In this document: positions 31,885 to 43,398 of the stretch, piece after piece
How positions within the stretch are numbered: the first letter of the stretch is position 1
Layout of the letters: each line of letters begins with the position of its first letter
Virus record (IMG/VR): IMGVR_UViG_3300043811_000020
Reading direction: 5' to 3' (one strand)
Length of the DNA: 64,000 bases
Source: an uncultured virus (IMG/VR IMGVR_UViG_3300043811_000020)
Lineage: Duplodnaviria > Heunggongvirae > Uroviricota > Caudoviricetes
Translations under genes and position numbers: made by a program
The notes under the pieces: generated by a model
The model's input: the letters and a program-made list of their open reading frames with translations, nothing else
Told to the model about the DNA's origin: nothing
Database searches by the model: none

Positions 31885-31915
31885 ACCACCGCGAGCGCTA
31901 ACAGGAGTACGTGCG

Positions 31916-32989
31916 ATGCCCGACACTCACCTCGCGCCGGTTGATACCAGCGTTGTCCTCCCGCCGTCCGTCGTGAGGGCCGCCGCCGCCGCTGCCGAGC
32001 TTCACAAGCAGGCGTACCAGCCGGCCACCCCCCAGCCGTCACCGCCCTCACCGCAGCCTGATCCGGCGCCTGTCGCGCCCTCACCGCAGCCTGATCCGGC
32101 GCCGCAGCCCCAGCCTCAAGCGCAGCCGCAGCCCGCTCCCCAGCCGGCGCCCCAACCGGAGCCGGACGACGACAGTGTGACGCCCGATCAGTGGCGCCAC
32201 CGCTATCTGTCCATGAAGGGCCGGTATGAGGCGGCGCAGGTCAACCTCGGCCAGATGCAGGAGATGAACTCCCAGCTGGCGGACGAGCTTATGCGCGCGC
32301 AGCCGACGACACAGCCGCAGCCTCAGCAGCAACAGCGCCAGCAGCGGCCACAGCCCATTATCCGGCGCGTGACGCCGGACGATGTGAAGACCTACGGCCC
32401 GGAGTTGATCGATCTGGTGCAGCGCGCCGCGGTAGACGCCGTCGCTCCTGAAATCCAGAAGGTCAGTCAGGAGACCCAGCAGACCCGCCAGCAGATCACC
32501 CAGACGGCGAAGCAGGCGATGTTCGCGGCCCTGGACACTCTCGTGCCGACCTGGAAGGCCATCAACATCAATCCGCGGTTTAAGGAGTGGTGTCGGAAAC
32601 CAGATGTTTACTCTGGCATGCTACGTGGACAATTACTGAACAACGCTGTCGCAGCGGCAGATGCCCCTAGGGCAGCGGCGTTCTTCAACGGGTTCCTCGC
32701 AGAGGAGCAAGCCACGGGTCAAGCGCCCGCACCGCAGTCAGGCCAGCAGGCTTCCCAGCCTCCTCGTCAAGCAGCGGTTGCCCTGGAAGCGCTCGCCGCC
32801 CCTGGCAGGCCAAAGCCAGCCGCCGGTTCTGTACCGGCTTCAGCTGCCGACAAGCCGATCTACACCCGCGCCCAGATCACGTGGTTCTACTCGCAAGCAG
32901 GTCGCGCGTACTACGCGGGCCGCGAGGACGAACGCAAGAGCGACGAGCAGTCGCTGTTCCTTGCTCAGCGTGAAGGTCGCGTCCGATAA
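31916..32989 (+). CDS. Putative scaffolding protein
   Basis: P/Q-rich, coiled coil, C-terminal AQREGRVR, directly before the capsid gene. Confidence 0.8.
   Translation: MPDTHLAPVDTSVVLPPSVVRAAAAAAELHKQAYQPATPQPSPPSPQPDPAPVAPSPQPDPAPQPQPQAQPQPAPQPAPQPEPDDDSVTPDQWRHRYLSMKGRYEAAQVNLGQMQEMNSQLADELMRAQPTTQPQPQQQQRQQRPQPIIRRVTPDDVKTYGPELIDLVQRAAVDAVAPEIQKVSQETQQTRQQITQTAKQAMFAALDTLVPTWKAININPRFKEWCRKPDVYSGMLRGQLLNNAVAAADAPRAAAFFNGFLAEEQATGQAPAPQSGQQASQPPRQAAVALEALAAPGRPKPAAGSVPASAADKPIYTRAQITWFYSQAGRAYYAGREDERKSDEQSLFLAQREGRVR
32043..32103 (+). repeat. 28-bp direct repeat (period 33) in the scaffold linker
   Basis: CGCCCTCACCGCAGCCTGATCCGGCGCC at 32043 and 32076. Confidence 0.85.
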
Positions 32990-33045
32990 TCCAGGGGCGT
33001 CTGAACATGGTGTTCTGACGCTCCGCAACCTGAGTGGAGCGTCAG

Positions 33046-34056
33046 ATGCCCATTCCGTCGTCTGGTTTCCCCGGCGCAACAGCTGGTTCCAGCCCCGCGC
33101 TATATCCGGTCGGATCGTCCGGCAACTCCCTCCAGGCTACGGGGTTCATCCCCGAAATCTGGTCGGGAAAGCTGGTCGAGAAGTTCTACGCCTCGACCGT
33201 CCTGTCCGCGATCTCGAACACTGACTACGAGGGCGAGATCAAGAACAAGGGCGACCGCGTCAAAATCCGCACCAAGCCGACCATCACCATCCACAACTAC
33301 TCGTCCGACGGCCTGCTCGGTCTCGACCGACCGACCGGCGGCACCGTGGAGTTGTACATCGGGAACGGCAAGTATTTCTCGCTGATCCTCGATGACGTGA
33401 TGGAAATCCAGTCCGATCTGAACATCCTCTCGATGTGGTCGGACGACGCGGCTCAGCAACTGAAGATCGTGGTCGACCAGGATGTCCTGGACGGCATTGT
33501 CAACCAGATGGCCGCCGCGAACCAAGGTGTGGCTGCCGGTGTCATCACCGGCTCGCTGAACCTCGGTGCGCACGGCTCGCCGCTGTCCGTGGTCGGCCGC
33601 AACCCTGGCGCCGGGCAGGTCGAACTTCTCGACGTGCTCATGCGTCTGGGTCAGACCCTGGACGAGCAGAACATTCCGGAGGTTGGTCGCTGGATCGTTA
33701 TGCCCGCGTGGGCTGGCCGTCAGATCAAGCAGTCGGAACTCCGTCAGGCGTATCTGTCCGGTGACAGCGTCTCGATGCTGCGCAACGGGCGCCTCGGCAT
33801 GGTGGATCGGTTCACCATCTACATCTCGAACCTCCTGCCGAACAACAGCACCGACAGCACCAACTTCGCTGCCGGTGAGTGGCCGATCTACGCGGGTCAC
33901 CCCCATGGGCTGACCTTCGCCTCGCAGATCAGCAAGGTGGAGACCCTCCGTTCCGAACTGACCTTTGGTCAAATCCTGCGCGGCTTGCAGGTGTACGGCT
34001 ATCAGGTCGTGGACGGAAAGGCGCTGGTCCAGGCGTACGTTACCCCGGCCTCGTAA
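33046..34056 (+). CDS. Major capsid protein
   Basis: FIPEIWSGKL..NTDYEGEI..GDRVKI, RGLQVYG; followed by a terminator. Confidence 0.92.
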   Translation: MPIPSSGFPGATAGSSPALYPVGSSGNSLQATGFIPEIWSGKLVEKFYASTVLSAISNTDYEGEIKNKGDRVKIRTKPTITIHNYSSDGLLGLDRPTGGTVELYIGNGKYFSLILDDVMEIQSDLNILSMWSDDAAQQLKIVVDQDVLDGIVNQMAAANQGVAAGVITGSLNLGAHGSPLSVVGRNPGAGQVELLDVLMRLGQTLDEQNIPEVGRWIVMPAWAGRQIKQSELRQAYLSGDSVSMLRNGRLGMVDRFTIYISNLLPNNSTDSTNFAAGEWPIYAGHPHGLTFASQISKVETLRSELTFGQILRGLQVYGYQVVDGKALVQAYVTPAS

Positions 34057-34068
34057 TACGGGCCTCTC

Positions 34069-34083
34069 TTAACGAGTGATTAA
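34069..34083. promoter_or_regulatory. CtrA-type box TTAA-N7-TTAA
   Basis: TTAA CGAGTGA TTAA between the capsid and neck genes. Confidence 0.75.
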
Positions 34084-34084
34084 A

Positions 34085-34115
34085 GCCGGCGGGAGTAACA
34101 TCCCGCCGGTTTCAT
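34085..34115 (+). terminator. Terminator-like hairpin after the capsid gene
   Basis: CCGGCGGGA-GTAACA-TCCCGCCGG followed by TTTCAT. Confidence 0.65.
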
Positions 34116-34132
34116 ATTGGGAAGTGGACACA

Positions 34133-34537
34133 ATGTCGCTCGATCTGCATACGGTGCAGGGCTTCGTGAAGGGCGTCCGTGGCCTTCTCCTCGACAAGGT
34201 TCAGCCCTATCGCTACAGCGACGATGCTATTCTCGCAGCGCTCAACCTCGCGCTCTTGGATGGGCGCCGGCTGCGCGCGGACCTGTTCGTCTGCCGATAC
34301 GGTAACGAGGTGCCCGAGTTCAATCAGGTCAGCGGTGACGTAGTGCCGATTGAGCCCCAGTTCCGGTTGGCGTTCGAGTACGGCATCGCTGCGCATGTTC
34401 TTCTGCGCGACGAAGAAGACGTGCAGGATGCGCGCGCGAACGCGTTCCGCGATATGTTCGAGAGCGGCTTGCTCGGGGTACGTCAGGCCCCGCTTCAAGG
34501 TGGCACGCCGAACCCGCAACAGGCTGCTAAGGGGTAA
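34133..34537 (+). CDS. Putative head-tail adaptor
   Basis: VRGLLLD..PYRYSD..L..LN..RADLF pattern; position after capsid. Confidence 0.7.
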   Translation: MSLDLHTVQGFVKGVRGLLLDKVQPYRYSDDAILAALNLALLDGRRLRADLFVCRYGNEVPEFNQVSGDVVPIEPQFRLAFEYGIAAHVLLRDEEDVQDARANAFRDMFESGLLGVRQAPLQGGTPNPQQAAKG

Positions 34538-34542
34538 GATCA

Positions 34543-35235
34543 ATGCCGCTTGACCCGCGCGAGTTCGACATGTTCATGAACCAATGCCGCATCAAGCTGC
34601 CGGGGTCTTCTGACGCTGGCATCAAGGCCGAGTTCTACGACGTGGTGAAAGAGTTTTTCCAGGACAGCAACGCGTGGCGCGAGGATATTCAGTTCACGCC
34701 AAACGTCGGAACGCCGCCAGTGAACGGCGATCCGTTCATCAGTTCGAACCAGGACTATCCGCTCACGTCTCAAGACGGCACCGGCGGTCAGATCATCCGG
34801 TTGATCTCGGTGTACGACGACAAGGGCATTCCTGTTCCATCCGTGATGCACAACTTCGGGACGGTCCACCTCATTCATCCGGTCGGCACCATGCCGGCCA
34901 ACCCGTGGGTGGCGCGCGTTGTGAAGAACGTCACGGTTCCGTTGCTGCGCGATGACATCCCGAACGCGCCTTCGTGGCTACTGCGTGTCTACAGCCTCTT
35001 CCTGACGGACGGCGTTCTCGGCAAGATGATGGCCCAGCCGAGCAAGTCCTACAGCAACGAGACCCAGAGCACTTATCACCTGCGGCGCTTCCGGTCCGGT
35101 ATCGCGACCGCTCGCACTGCCGCGGAGCGCGAGAACCTTCGCGGCGGTCAGGAGTGGTCGTATCCGCGCGGTTGGGAAGGGCGCACTCAGCGCGTCAGCG
35201 GCATAAGTACAGCGTGGCCCACTCGGGCGTTTTAA
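34543..35235 (+). CDS. Putative adaptor / tail tubular protein
   Basis: VKEFFQDSNAWRE, MMAQPSKSYSN; position. Confidence 0.65.
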   Translation: MPLDPREFDMFMNQCRIKLPGSSDAGIKAEFYDVVKEFFQDSNAWREDIQFTPNVGTPPVNGDPFISSNQDYPLTSQDGTGGQIIRLISVYDDKGIPVPSVMHNFGTVHLIHPVGTMPANPWVARVVKNVTVPLLRDDIPNAPSWLLRVYSLFLTDGVLGKMMAQPSKSYSNETQSTYHLRRFRSGIATARTAAERENLRGGQEWSYPRGWEGRTQRVSGISTAWPTRAF

Positions 35236-35247
35236 TGGGGCATTCTG

Positions 35248-36430
<1,183 letters not shown>

Positions 36431-36433
36431 GAT

Positions 36434-36979
36434 ATGATCGAGTTCGAAGTCGCCGATGACAGCGGCTACCTCGGCGTCCAGCCGATCATGGCCGGCAACT
36501 TGGAGCGCTACCGCGCGCGCTTTGACGCGTTCCTCCTGCGCGGCCAGTTCATCACGTCTGCTACCGCCACGGTAACAAGCCCGAACAGCACCGTTACGGC
36601 GCCGACGCTCGCTGACGACCGCAAGTCGATCTACTGGTATATCCAGAGCACGATGACCAGCGAGGCGTTTACGCTCTCGTTTAGCGTCACAACCAACGAT
36701 GGTCAGACGCTCAACTACACGCTGACGTACCAAGTCGGTTCTCCGATTGTCACGTCAACCGTGCCGAACCCGAAGCCTTTGATCATCGGCCCCACGGGTC
36801 CGAGCGGCGGACCGACTGGCCCCACCGGCGTAACCGGTAACACTGGCCCGAGCGGCGGCCCGACTGGCAGCACTGGTCCGACCGGGCCGGCGCCGTCCAA
36901 TAACATCAGCGGACAGTTTACTTCCGCCGACGGGCATACTATTACGGTGACGAATGGATTGATCACGTTGATCCACTGA
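36434..36979 (+). CDS. Short collagen-like fibre/adaptor protein
   Basis: N-terminal domain paralogous to 13755..15731; short GPT run; ITVTNGLIT tail. Confidence 0.8.
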   Translation: MIEFEVADDSGYLGVQPIMAGNLERYRARFDAFLLRGQFITSATATVTSPNSTVTAPTLADDRKSIYWYIQSTMTSEAFTLSFSVTTNDGQTLNYTLTYQVGSPIVTSTVPNPKPLIIGPTGPSGGPTGPTGVTGNTGPSGGPTGSTGPTGPAPSNNISGQFTSADGHTITVTNGLITLIH

Positions 36980-36998
36980 CCCCAGGTGGGAGTGTGCC

Positions 36999-37796
36999 AT
37001 GCAGGTTGACTATGTCCCGTTTGTGAACGGCCTCATGATCCCTGACTACGAGGGCGGCTACGGCTGGGACAAGGGCGACAGCGGCGGACCGACCAAGTAT
37101 GGGATCACGTGCTACGATCTCGCGGAACACCGCGGCCAGAAGATGAACAGCATGTCCGCCTGGGCACCGCTCGTGCAGGCGATGACGTTGTCCGAAGCAG
37201 ACGACATTTATCGGACGAAGTATGCGACGGCGATTGGGTTCGATGGGCTCCCTGCCGGTCCAGACTGTTGCGAGATGGACTATGGGGTGAACTCCGGACT
37301 TGGGCGTGTGAAGCTAGTGCGCGCCGAACTGCTCAAGAAGGCCGGCAAGCCCAGCGTCGACGCGTGCGACCCGAAGTGGTACGTGGATGCGATGTGCCAG
37401 GAGCGGCAGGCGTTCCTTAACGGGCTCGGGCAGCGCATGCCGCAGTTTCTCAAAGGCTGGACTGCGCGCGTGAACAATCTGCGCAGCTACTGTGAGCACC
37501 TTGCGGCGAACCAGCCCGCGCCGGCGCTGCCCGTGCCGGTGCCTTCGGTTGTGCAGGCGGCGCCGAAGGCGAGCCACACCGATCCGAACCTCTCGACGCA
37601 TGTTACCACCGCGGTAACCGGCGTCGGCGCCGGCACCGGTACCGCCATTCATCAGGGGCTCTCGCTTCCCGAGGCAGTGGCGCTCGGCGTCGTGGGCGGC
37701 ACCGCGCTCCTGCTGTGGGCGGCGTGGCGCGCGCACCAGAACGAAGTCCTCAACACAACGGTGGTGCTGCCGGCCACGATCCCGCCGCATCCGTAG
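36999..37796 (+). CDS. Endolysin, glycoside hydrolase family 108, with C-terminal membrane segment
   Basis: YEGGY..DSGGPTKYGIT, DYGVNSG, FLKGWTARV. Confidence 0.88.
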   Translation: MQVDYVPFVNGLMIPDYEGGYGWDKGDSGGPTKYGITCYDLAEHRGQKMNSMSAWAPLVQAMTLSEADDIYRTKYATAIGFDGLPAGPDCCEMDYGVNSGLGRVKLVRAELLKKAGKPSVDACDPKWYVDAMCQERQAFLNGLGQRMPQFLKGWTARVNNLRSYCEHLAANQPAPALPVPVPSVVQAAPKASHTDPNLSTHVTTAVTGVGAGTGTAIHQGLSLPEAVALGVVGGTALLLWAAWRAHQNEVLNTTVVLPATIPPHP

Positions 37797-37805
37797 GAGT
37801 GTGCT

Positions 37806-38036
37806 ATGCTTGAGCGTTTCCGTGGAATGCGCACGTTCTTCCACTGCACGTGGATCACCATTGCCGGGCTCGTCCTCGCGTTTAAAGATCAGCTGGACGT
37901 GTTCGGCGTCGACGTAAAGTCTCTCGTGGGTGAGTATGTGCCAACGCCGTACGTCGGTTTGACGATGGTCGGGCTTGCCGCGCTTTTTGCGATCATGCGC
38001 GCGGATACCCACACCGGCCCGTTCAAGTCGGAGTAA
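37806..38036 (+). CDS. Putative holin
   Basis: 76 aa, two hydrophobic helices, directly after the endolysin. Confidence 0.7.
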   Translation: MLERFRGMRTFFHCTWITIAGLVLAFKDQLDVFGVDVKSLVGEYVPTPYVGLTMVGLAALFAIMRADTHTGPFKSE

Positions 38037-38039
38037 CCC

Positions 38040-38447
38040 ATGCTCAGTCTGATTGCGTCCGTAGTCGGGCTTATCCCCGGCTTGGAAAACCTCGCCTCGT
38101 CTTGGCATTCGAGTGATCTCGAAGCCAAGGTGAAAATGTACATGGCGAAGACGGGCGCTGACCGGGACATGGCAGTCGCTATCGTGCAGGCACAGGCACA
38201 GGTACAAACACGTTGGTGGTTCGTCGCCGTGATCCCTGTCTTGTGGGCGCTCCCGTTTGTGGCCTACGTCTGGAAGGGTGTCTTTTTTGACAACTTCCTG
38301 GCGTTGATTTTCGGCACCTGCGACGCGCGCGGGAACTGTATCCTTTGGGGTATCCCCAACACGACGCCGCCCCTTGGCGGAACCTTTGGCGTTATGCTAC
38401 TCATGATCGTGACGTTCTATTTTGCAGCAGGAAGGCAACAGTCATGA
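38040..38447 (+). CDS. Holin-like membrane protein
   Basis: Hydrophobic segments, C-terminal IVTFYF. Confidence 0.7.
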   Translation: MLSLIASVVGLIPGLENLASSWHSSDLEAKVKMYMAKTGADRDMAVAIVQAQAQVQTRWWFVAVIPVLWALPFVAYVWKGVFFDNFLALIFGTCDARGNCILWGIPNTTPPLGGTFGVMLLMIVTFYFAAGRQQS

Positions 38448-39397
38448 AACTGATCTTCGCCCTTGCGGTCGCTATGTTCGCAACGTCGGCGCACGCGTTC
38501 ACCTGCGATGAAGTCAAGGTGTGGCACGCGCTCGGGTTCACCGAGGAAACCGCTGTGAAGTTCGGGCATACGGTCACACCAGCTGAACGCGCGCAGGCCG
38601 CGAAGTGCCTTGCTGCGCCCGCACAAAAGGCGGCTGCGGCTCCCGCGAAAAAGACCGCCACCAAGAAACCCGCCAAGGTGGCGGCCAAGGTCCCTACCCC
38701 GGCGCCGGCTCCCCTGCCGAAGTGTTATATCGTGGGCGACAGCATCGCACTCGGTACGGCGACGGCCGAAGGGCTCCCCGCGAAATACAAGCCAGACTGC
38801 GAGGTGGACGCTAAGATCGGTATTCCGTCGTCTGCGATTATCGAACGCGCGCACGACGCGCAGCTGGTGGTGATCTCGGCAGGCAGCAACGACCCAACCA
38901 ATCCCGAGTTGGTCAAGAACCTGGAAGCGATCCGCGTGGTGGCTACGCAGAACGTGCTATGGATCATTCCAGCCGTGAGCCCGGTAGCGGCAGCCGCCGT
39001 GAAAAAGGTCGCAGCTGACCACGGTGACGACACGATTGCGTTTACGCCGGGACCGGACCATACTCACCCGCACACCTATCTGCCCATCATTACGCGTGTG
39101 AACGCCGACATGGGCGCCGCTTTAGAGAAGGTAAACCAGCCTGTGGTAGAACAGGCTCCACCGCAGGAGGTTCCGATGTCTGCCTCATGGCTTGTTCCCG
39201 TCTTCGCTGTCTTCGGTGCGCTCGCGTTCACGTACGCCGTCGGCAAGTACGGCGTCGTGCCGGTGTTCTCCAAGGTCACGTCCTGGTGGAACTCCGGAAA
39301 GGCGGACCTTCAGGCGCTCGAACAGCGTGTGAAGAACCTCGAAGCGAAGGTGGCACCGGTAGTGCACCCTTCGGGGGCGACCGGGGCCGCCGTGTAA
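38444..39397 (+). CDS. Exported SGNH/GDSL hydrolase with C-terminal TM and coiled coil
   Basis: Signal peptide (SAHA), GDS, GSND, DHTHP; internal RBS and ATG at 39176. Confidence 0.75.
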   Translation: MKLIFALAVAMFATSAHAFTCDEVKVWHALGFTEETAVKFGHTVTPAERAQAAKCLAAPAQKAAAAPAKKTATKKPAKVAAKVPTPAPAPLPKCYIVGDSIALGTATAEGLPAKYKPDCEVDAKIGIPSSAIIERAHDAQLVVISAGSNDPTNPELVKNLEAIRVVATQNVLWIIPAVSPVAAAAVKKVAADHGDDTIAFTPGPDHTHPHTYLPIITRVNADMGAALEKVNQPVVEQAPPQEVPMSASWLVPVFAVFGALAFTYAVGKYGVVPVFSKVTSWWNSGKADLQALEQRVKNLEAKVAPVVHPSGATGAAV

Positions 39398-39654
39398 TGA
39401 TGTCCCGTGAACTCTCCCTATTGTTGTACATCGCAGAGAGGATCAAAGTGATGACCGTGCAGACCCAAGCTCTCACCGCAGCCGTTTCCAAGCTCTCGAC
39501 CGACGTGGACAGCCTTGTGGCCGCCCACTCCGACACGAGCGCCCAGGCGGCGGTTGACGCTGCAACTGCGGCCCTCGAAGCTGAGGACGCCAAGGTCGTA
39601 GCGGCTCTCAACCCTCCGGTCGCGCCGACTGGCGCTACTGGGCCGGCGGCGTAA
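39397..39654 (+). CDS. Small coiled-coil protein
   Basis: TAATG coupling; Ala-rich heptads. Confidence 0.65.
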   Translation: MMSRELSLLLYIAERIKVMTVQTQALTAAVSKLSTDVDSLVAAHSDTSAQAAVDAATAALEAEDAKVVAALNPPVAPTGATGPAA

Positions 39655-39655
39655 C

Positions 39656-39874
39656 ATGCCCGCCGGCGCCAACAAAGCGTTCCAGGATGCCGCCTTCGCT
39701 GACGGGGGCGGCATCCATATCAAGCCCTCCCACAAGGGCCTGATGCACCGCGACCTTGGCAAGGCGCCCGATGCCCCGATCACTTCGTCCGACATCGCCA
39801 AGGAAAAGGCGAAGGGCGGCGCCGCCAAGAAGCGTGCTGTCTTCGCCGAGAACGCGAAGAAGTGGCATCACTAA
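39656..39874 (+). CDS. Small basic protein (FADGG; RAVFAENAKKW)
   Basis: IKP.HKG..H...RA.FA.N pattern recurrent in phage late regions. Confidence 0.75.
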   Translation: MPAGANKAFQDAAFADGGGIHIKPSHKGLMHRDLGKAPDAPITSSDIAKEKAKGGAAKKRAVFAENAKKWHH

Positions 39875-40057
39875 GGGTCCGGTTAATGGCCCGTAAAGCT
39901 TCCCTGCCTACTCTCGCGAGTGCGATGGCGGAAGCCCTTCGGCCTCCAACCATTGGCGTCTCACAGGGCCGCGGCAGTCGTATAGACCGCGGCTTCAAAG
40001 AGGCGGCGGTGGGATCGGACCCGAAGCGCATGACTGGCCAAGTAGCAGGAGACGAAA

Positions 40058-40585
40058 ATGGACAACTCCCCCCAGGAAGCGGTGACGACCGGGCTAGCTC
40101 CCCAGGCACCGAGCCCGCAGACGCCGCCCGCCGCCGAGGCGGCGCCCCCCAGTGAGCCCATCAAGGTCAGTATCCCCGACGATTTGACCGTACGCGTGTC
40201 CGAGATCAATCATCCCGAGGCCGTTGCCGCTGCGCAGCAAGCGGCGCCCGCGACGCCGCAACAGAACTTCGGGCGCGACATCCAGGAGCAAGCCGAGGCC
40301 GACAACCTCAAGCGCGACTTCTTGGGGCGCCTTGCAGCTGCCCAGCATCCGGCGCCTGCGCCATATGTCCCGCCGCCGGTTTCCGAGCGCATCGCCGAGC
40401 AGACGCGCCAGGAGATCGAGGCTGGCCGGCGCACCGTCGCCATGCACGAGGAACGTCAGAAGTTCCGGCCTAAGCCGGTAGCTGACCCGCGCGAGGGGTC
40501 GACCAAGAGCATTCTCCGTCCGGAAGACTTCGTACCGAAGTTCCACCAGGGGCACGTGCCGACGAACTCTTATCGGCCCGCGTAA
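40058..40585 (+). CDS. Hypothetical P/A/Q-rich protein
   Basis: AGGAG RBS. Confidence 0.7.
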   Translation: MDNSPQEAVTTGLAPQAPSPQTPPAAEAAPPSEPIKVSIPDDLTVRVSEINHPEAVAAAQQAAPATPQQNFGRDIQEQAEADNLKRDFLGRLAAAQHPAPAPYVPPPVSERIAEQTRQEIEAGRRTVAMHEERQKFRPKPVADPREGSTKSILRPEDFVPKFHQGHVPTNSYRPA

Positions 40586-40591
40586 TGTCCG

Positions 40592-43393
40592 ATGCCGGCG
40601 ATCAAGCTCGAACAGTTCGGCGGGGAGTTGCCGGCATGGGACGCTCACCTCCTGCCGACTGGGCAGGCCGCGCGAACGGTCAACACGTACCTGTTCTCGG
40701 GCGCCCTTGAAGGCTGGCGTCAGCCCAAAGTGCTGCGCGCGTTGCAGAACCCGAGCGCCCGCTTCGCGTATCGCGTCCCAACTGTGAGCGAGACGCAAGC
40801 GCGCGCATACCTCCTGTTCAAAGCCAACCCGGTGCAGGGCGACACGGTTGTCGTCGGCGATTTGACGTACACGTTCGTCGTCGGGCTTTCGCCTATTGGC
40901 AGCAAGGGACTACCTGGGCAGGTGGTGATCGGGGCCAACCCATCGGTAACTGCCGCGAATTTCGCCGCGGCGCTCACTGCCGACAACGGTACGAACGCGA
41001 ACATGGGCGTCCTGTACGGGAACAACACGGAGGCCAACGGTGACGTATTCTATCCTCTGCCGAACACCACGCCACCGACAGGCATTTTGCCGGTCTCGTC
41101 CTTTCTCGTTTCAATTGCGAGCGTGAATTACTCCGTGGTGCTGTTTGGTTCCGTGAGTTTTGGTGCTTCGTTCAACACGATAAACGTGTCCGAGAGCACG
41201 GGCGCCGCGCGCACGACCATGCTCGGTGACGTATTGTCGCTTGCGCACACGACGCTGACAATGGTCGGCGGCAGCAACCCGACGTTTGGCTCTGGGATCA
41301 CTGCGCCGAGCACATGGTTGGAGTTTAACGACCCCGACACGAACGTGATCAAGTCGCCTGTCGTGGACGACACGTTCAACCGGTACTACTCGGCGAGCCC
41401 GAGCCAGATGCCACAGTACAACACGTACGACCGGATTACCGCGGGGCTTCCAGCGTGGCTCCTTGGCGTGCCGCCGCCTGGGTGCGCGCCGGTGGTCGGT
41501 GTTACCGGCGGCGGTAACAATTTGACGCTTGGAAATTATTCGCAAAATTCCAATGAAGTGCCATACCCCGGCAACGCGGTCTATCTGATCCCGTTCACGA
41601 CACCGGGTGCGACCATTATCCAGGACGTGCAGTTCCGGCTCGGCGCGTCGACCGGTATCGTGGATACGACCGCGAAGTTTGCCGCGGTGATCTATGAGGA
41701 CAACGCCGGTGTGCCCGGTACGCTCTTGAATACTGGCGAGGTGGTTGACGGAGTGACCACCGTCAATCCGAACATCAGCAGCTTCGTCAACCCTAGCGCC
41801 TTGGTCGCCAACACCCAGTATTGGCTCGGCATCATCGTGTCCGCGCAGAACGCATTCCAGGCCGGCCCTGGCGACAACACAGCCAACGTCAAGACGTTCT
41901 CGGCGCCATTCACGAACGGCCCCCCTGGCACGGCCCCTGCCGCGACTTCAAGCGCCGGCATCAACATGTGGGGCGACTTCGTTACATCCGACGTGGTTGA
42001 GAGCCGCGCCTACGTGTACACGTGGGTGTCGGCCTACAACGAGGAAGGGCCGCCGTCGCCGCCTACGCTCGTGGATGGCTGGTCGAATGGCACGTGGTCA
42101 GTCGGGCTCTGGCAACCGCCACCTGACGACCTGGGTATCCTGCGCAATCTCAAGAACATAAACATCTACCGTACTGTCCCGGGGCAGGGCGGCGCCACCG
42201 TGTTCTTTTTCGTAGCGACAGTACCCATCGGGACGCCGTCATACACGGATGCGAACCCGAACAATACGGTGGCACTCAACGATCAGTTGAGCAGCACGAA
42301 TTGGTTCCCGCCGCCCGAGAACCTGCAAGGTCTTACGGTGATGCAAAACGGCATGGTGGCCGGCTTCATCGGGACCGAAATTTGGTTCTGTGAACCGTAC
42401 CGACCCCATGCTTGGCCGCCGGGGTATGTGATCACGGTGGACTATCCCATCGTCGGGCTCGGGATGACCAACGGCACGCTGGTGGTTGCTACCGGAGCCA
42501 ACCCGTTCATCGTGACGGGTCAGACACCGGGCAACATGTCGCAGCTAAAGTGCGCCAACGCGCACCCGTGTTTGTCGCGGGGCTCGATCTTGGATGGCGA
42601 TGGCGCCGTGAGCTACATGAGCCAGAACGGCTTGATCCAGGTGAACCCGCAGGGCACTGCGACGAACACCACGGACCTGTGGTTCACGCGCGAGAAGTGG
42701 CAGCAGAACACGCCGCAGAAGTACACGCACGCGATCTTTCTCGCGTCATGCTACTACTGCTTGGGCACCGACAGCCCGCCGTCTGTCTCTCCTGCGGACA
42801 CAAGCGTGGCGCAGCAGGGGTTCACGGTCGAGCTTGACCAGGACAACGCGAGCTTCACCATCTGGCCGCAGCCCGGCGGTCACCGGCTAGGGTTCAACCC
42901 GCTCACCAGCCCTACCGGGTTCGACATCCAGAATGTCATGTCGGACCCGTGGACGGGGACCGGCTTGCTCATTTCAAACGGCGACGTGTACTACTTCGAC
43001 TTCTCGGACCCGGCGCCGGCTATGGTGCCGTACACGTGGGTGTCGAAGATTTACCAACAGAACGCCAAACGCAATTACGAGGCGATGAAGGTCTTCTTCA
43101 CCGTGCCGACGAACACGCCTTCGTTGGGCCAGTACAGGAACGAGGCCGTTGCGTCGGACCCATCGTGGAGCGCTCTCGGTCCCAACCAATACGGGATTAT
43201 TAAAACCTTCGCGGACAGCGACGGTTCCGGCAATATGGTGCTCATGGACTGCCGCGAGATCAGAGCCTCGGGGGAACTCCTGCGCCTGATCGACGGGTTC
43301 AAGGCTGAGCAGTGGCAGTGGGAGATTGACGCGCGCGTGCGCATCAGCAATATTCAGATCGCGACGACGGCAAAAGAACTGGCAAGCGTGTAA
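40592..43393 (+). CDS. Tail nozzle / stabilisation-like structural protein
   Basis: 933 aa, beta-rich; FGGELP N-terminus, SRAYVYTWV..EEGPPS, FCEPYRPHAWP, YTWVSK. Confidence 0.8.
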   Translation: MPAIKLEQFGGELPAWDAHLLPTGQAARTVNTYLFSGALEGWRQPKVLRALQNPSARFAYRVPTVSETQARAYLLFKANPVQGDTVVVGDLTYTFVVGLSPIGSKGLPGQVVIGANPSVTAANFAAALTADNGTNANMGVLYGNNTEANGDVFYPLPNTTPPTGILPVSSFLVSIASVNYSVVLFGSVSFGASFNTINVSESTGAARTTMLGDVLSLAHTTLTMVGGSNPTFGSGITAPSTWLEFNDPDTNVIKSPVVDDTFNRYYSASPSQMPQYNTYDRITAGLPAWLLGVPPPGCAPVVGVTGGGNNLTLGNYSQNSNEVPYPGNAVYLIPFTTPGATIIQDVQFRLGASTGIVDTTAKFAAVIYEDNAGVPGTLLNTGEVVDGVTTVNPNISSFVNPSALVANTQYWLGIIVSAQNAFQAGPGDNTANVKTFSAPFTNGPPGTAPAATSSAGINMWGDFVTSDVVESRAYVYTWVSAYNEEGPPSPPTLVDGWSNGTWSVGLWQPPPDDLGILRNLKNINIYRTVPGQGGATVFFFVATVPIGTPSYTDANPNNTVALNDQLSSTNWFPPPENLQGLTVMQNGMVAGFIGTEIWFCEPYRPHAWPPGYVITVDYPIVGLGMTNGTLVVATGANPFIVTGQTPGNMSQLKCANAHPCLSRGSILDGDGAVSYMSQNGLIQVNPQGTATNTTDLWFTREKWQQNTPQKYTHAIFLASCYYCLGTDSPPSVSPADTSVAQQGFTVELDQDNASFTIWPQPGGHRLGFNPLTSPTGFDIQNVMSDPWTGTGLLISNGDVYYFDFSDPAPAMVPYTWVSKIYQQNAKRNYEAMKVFFTVPTNTPSLGQYRNEAVASDPSWSALGPNQYGIIKTFADSDGSGNMVLMDCREIRASGELLRLIDGFKAEQWQWEIDARVRISNIQIATTAKELASV

Positions 43394-43398
43394 GGTGT

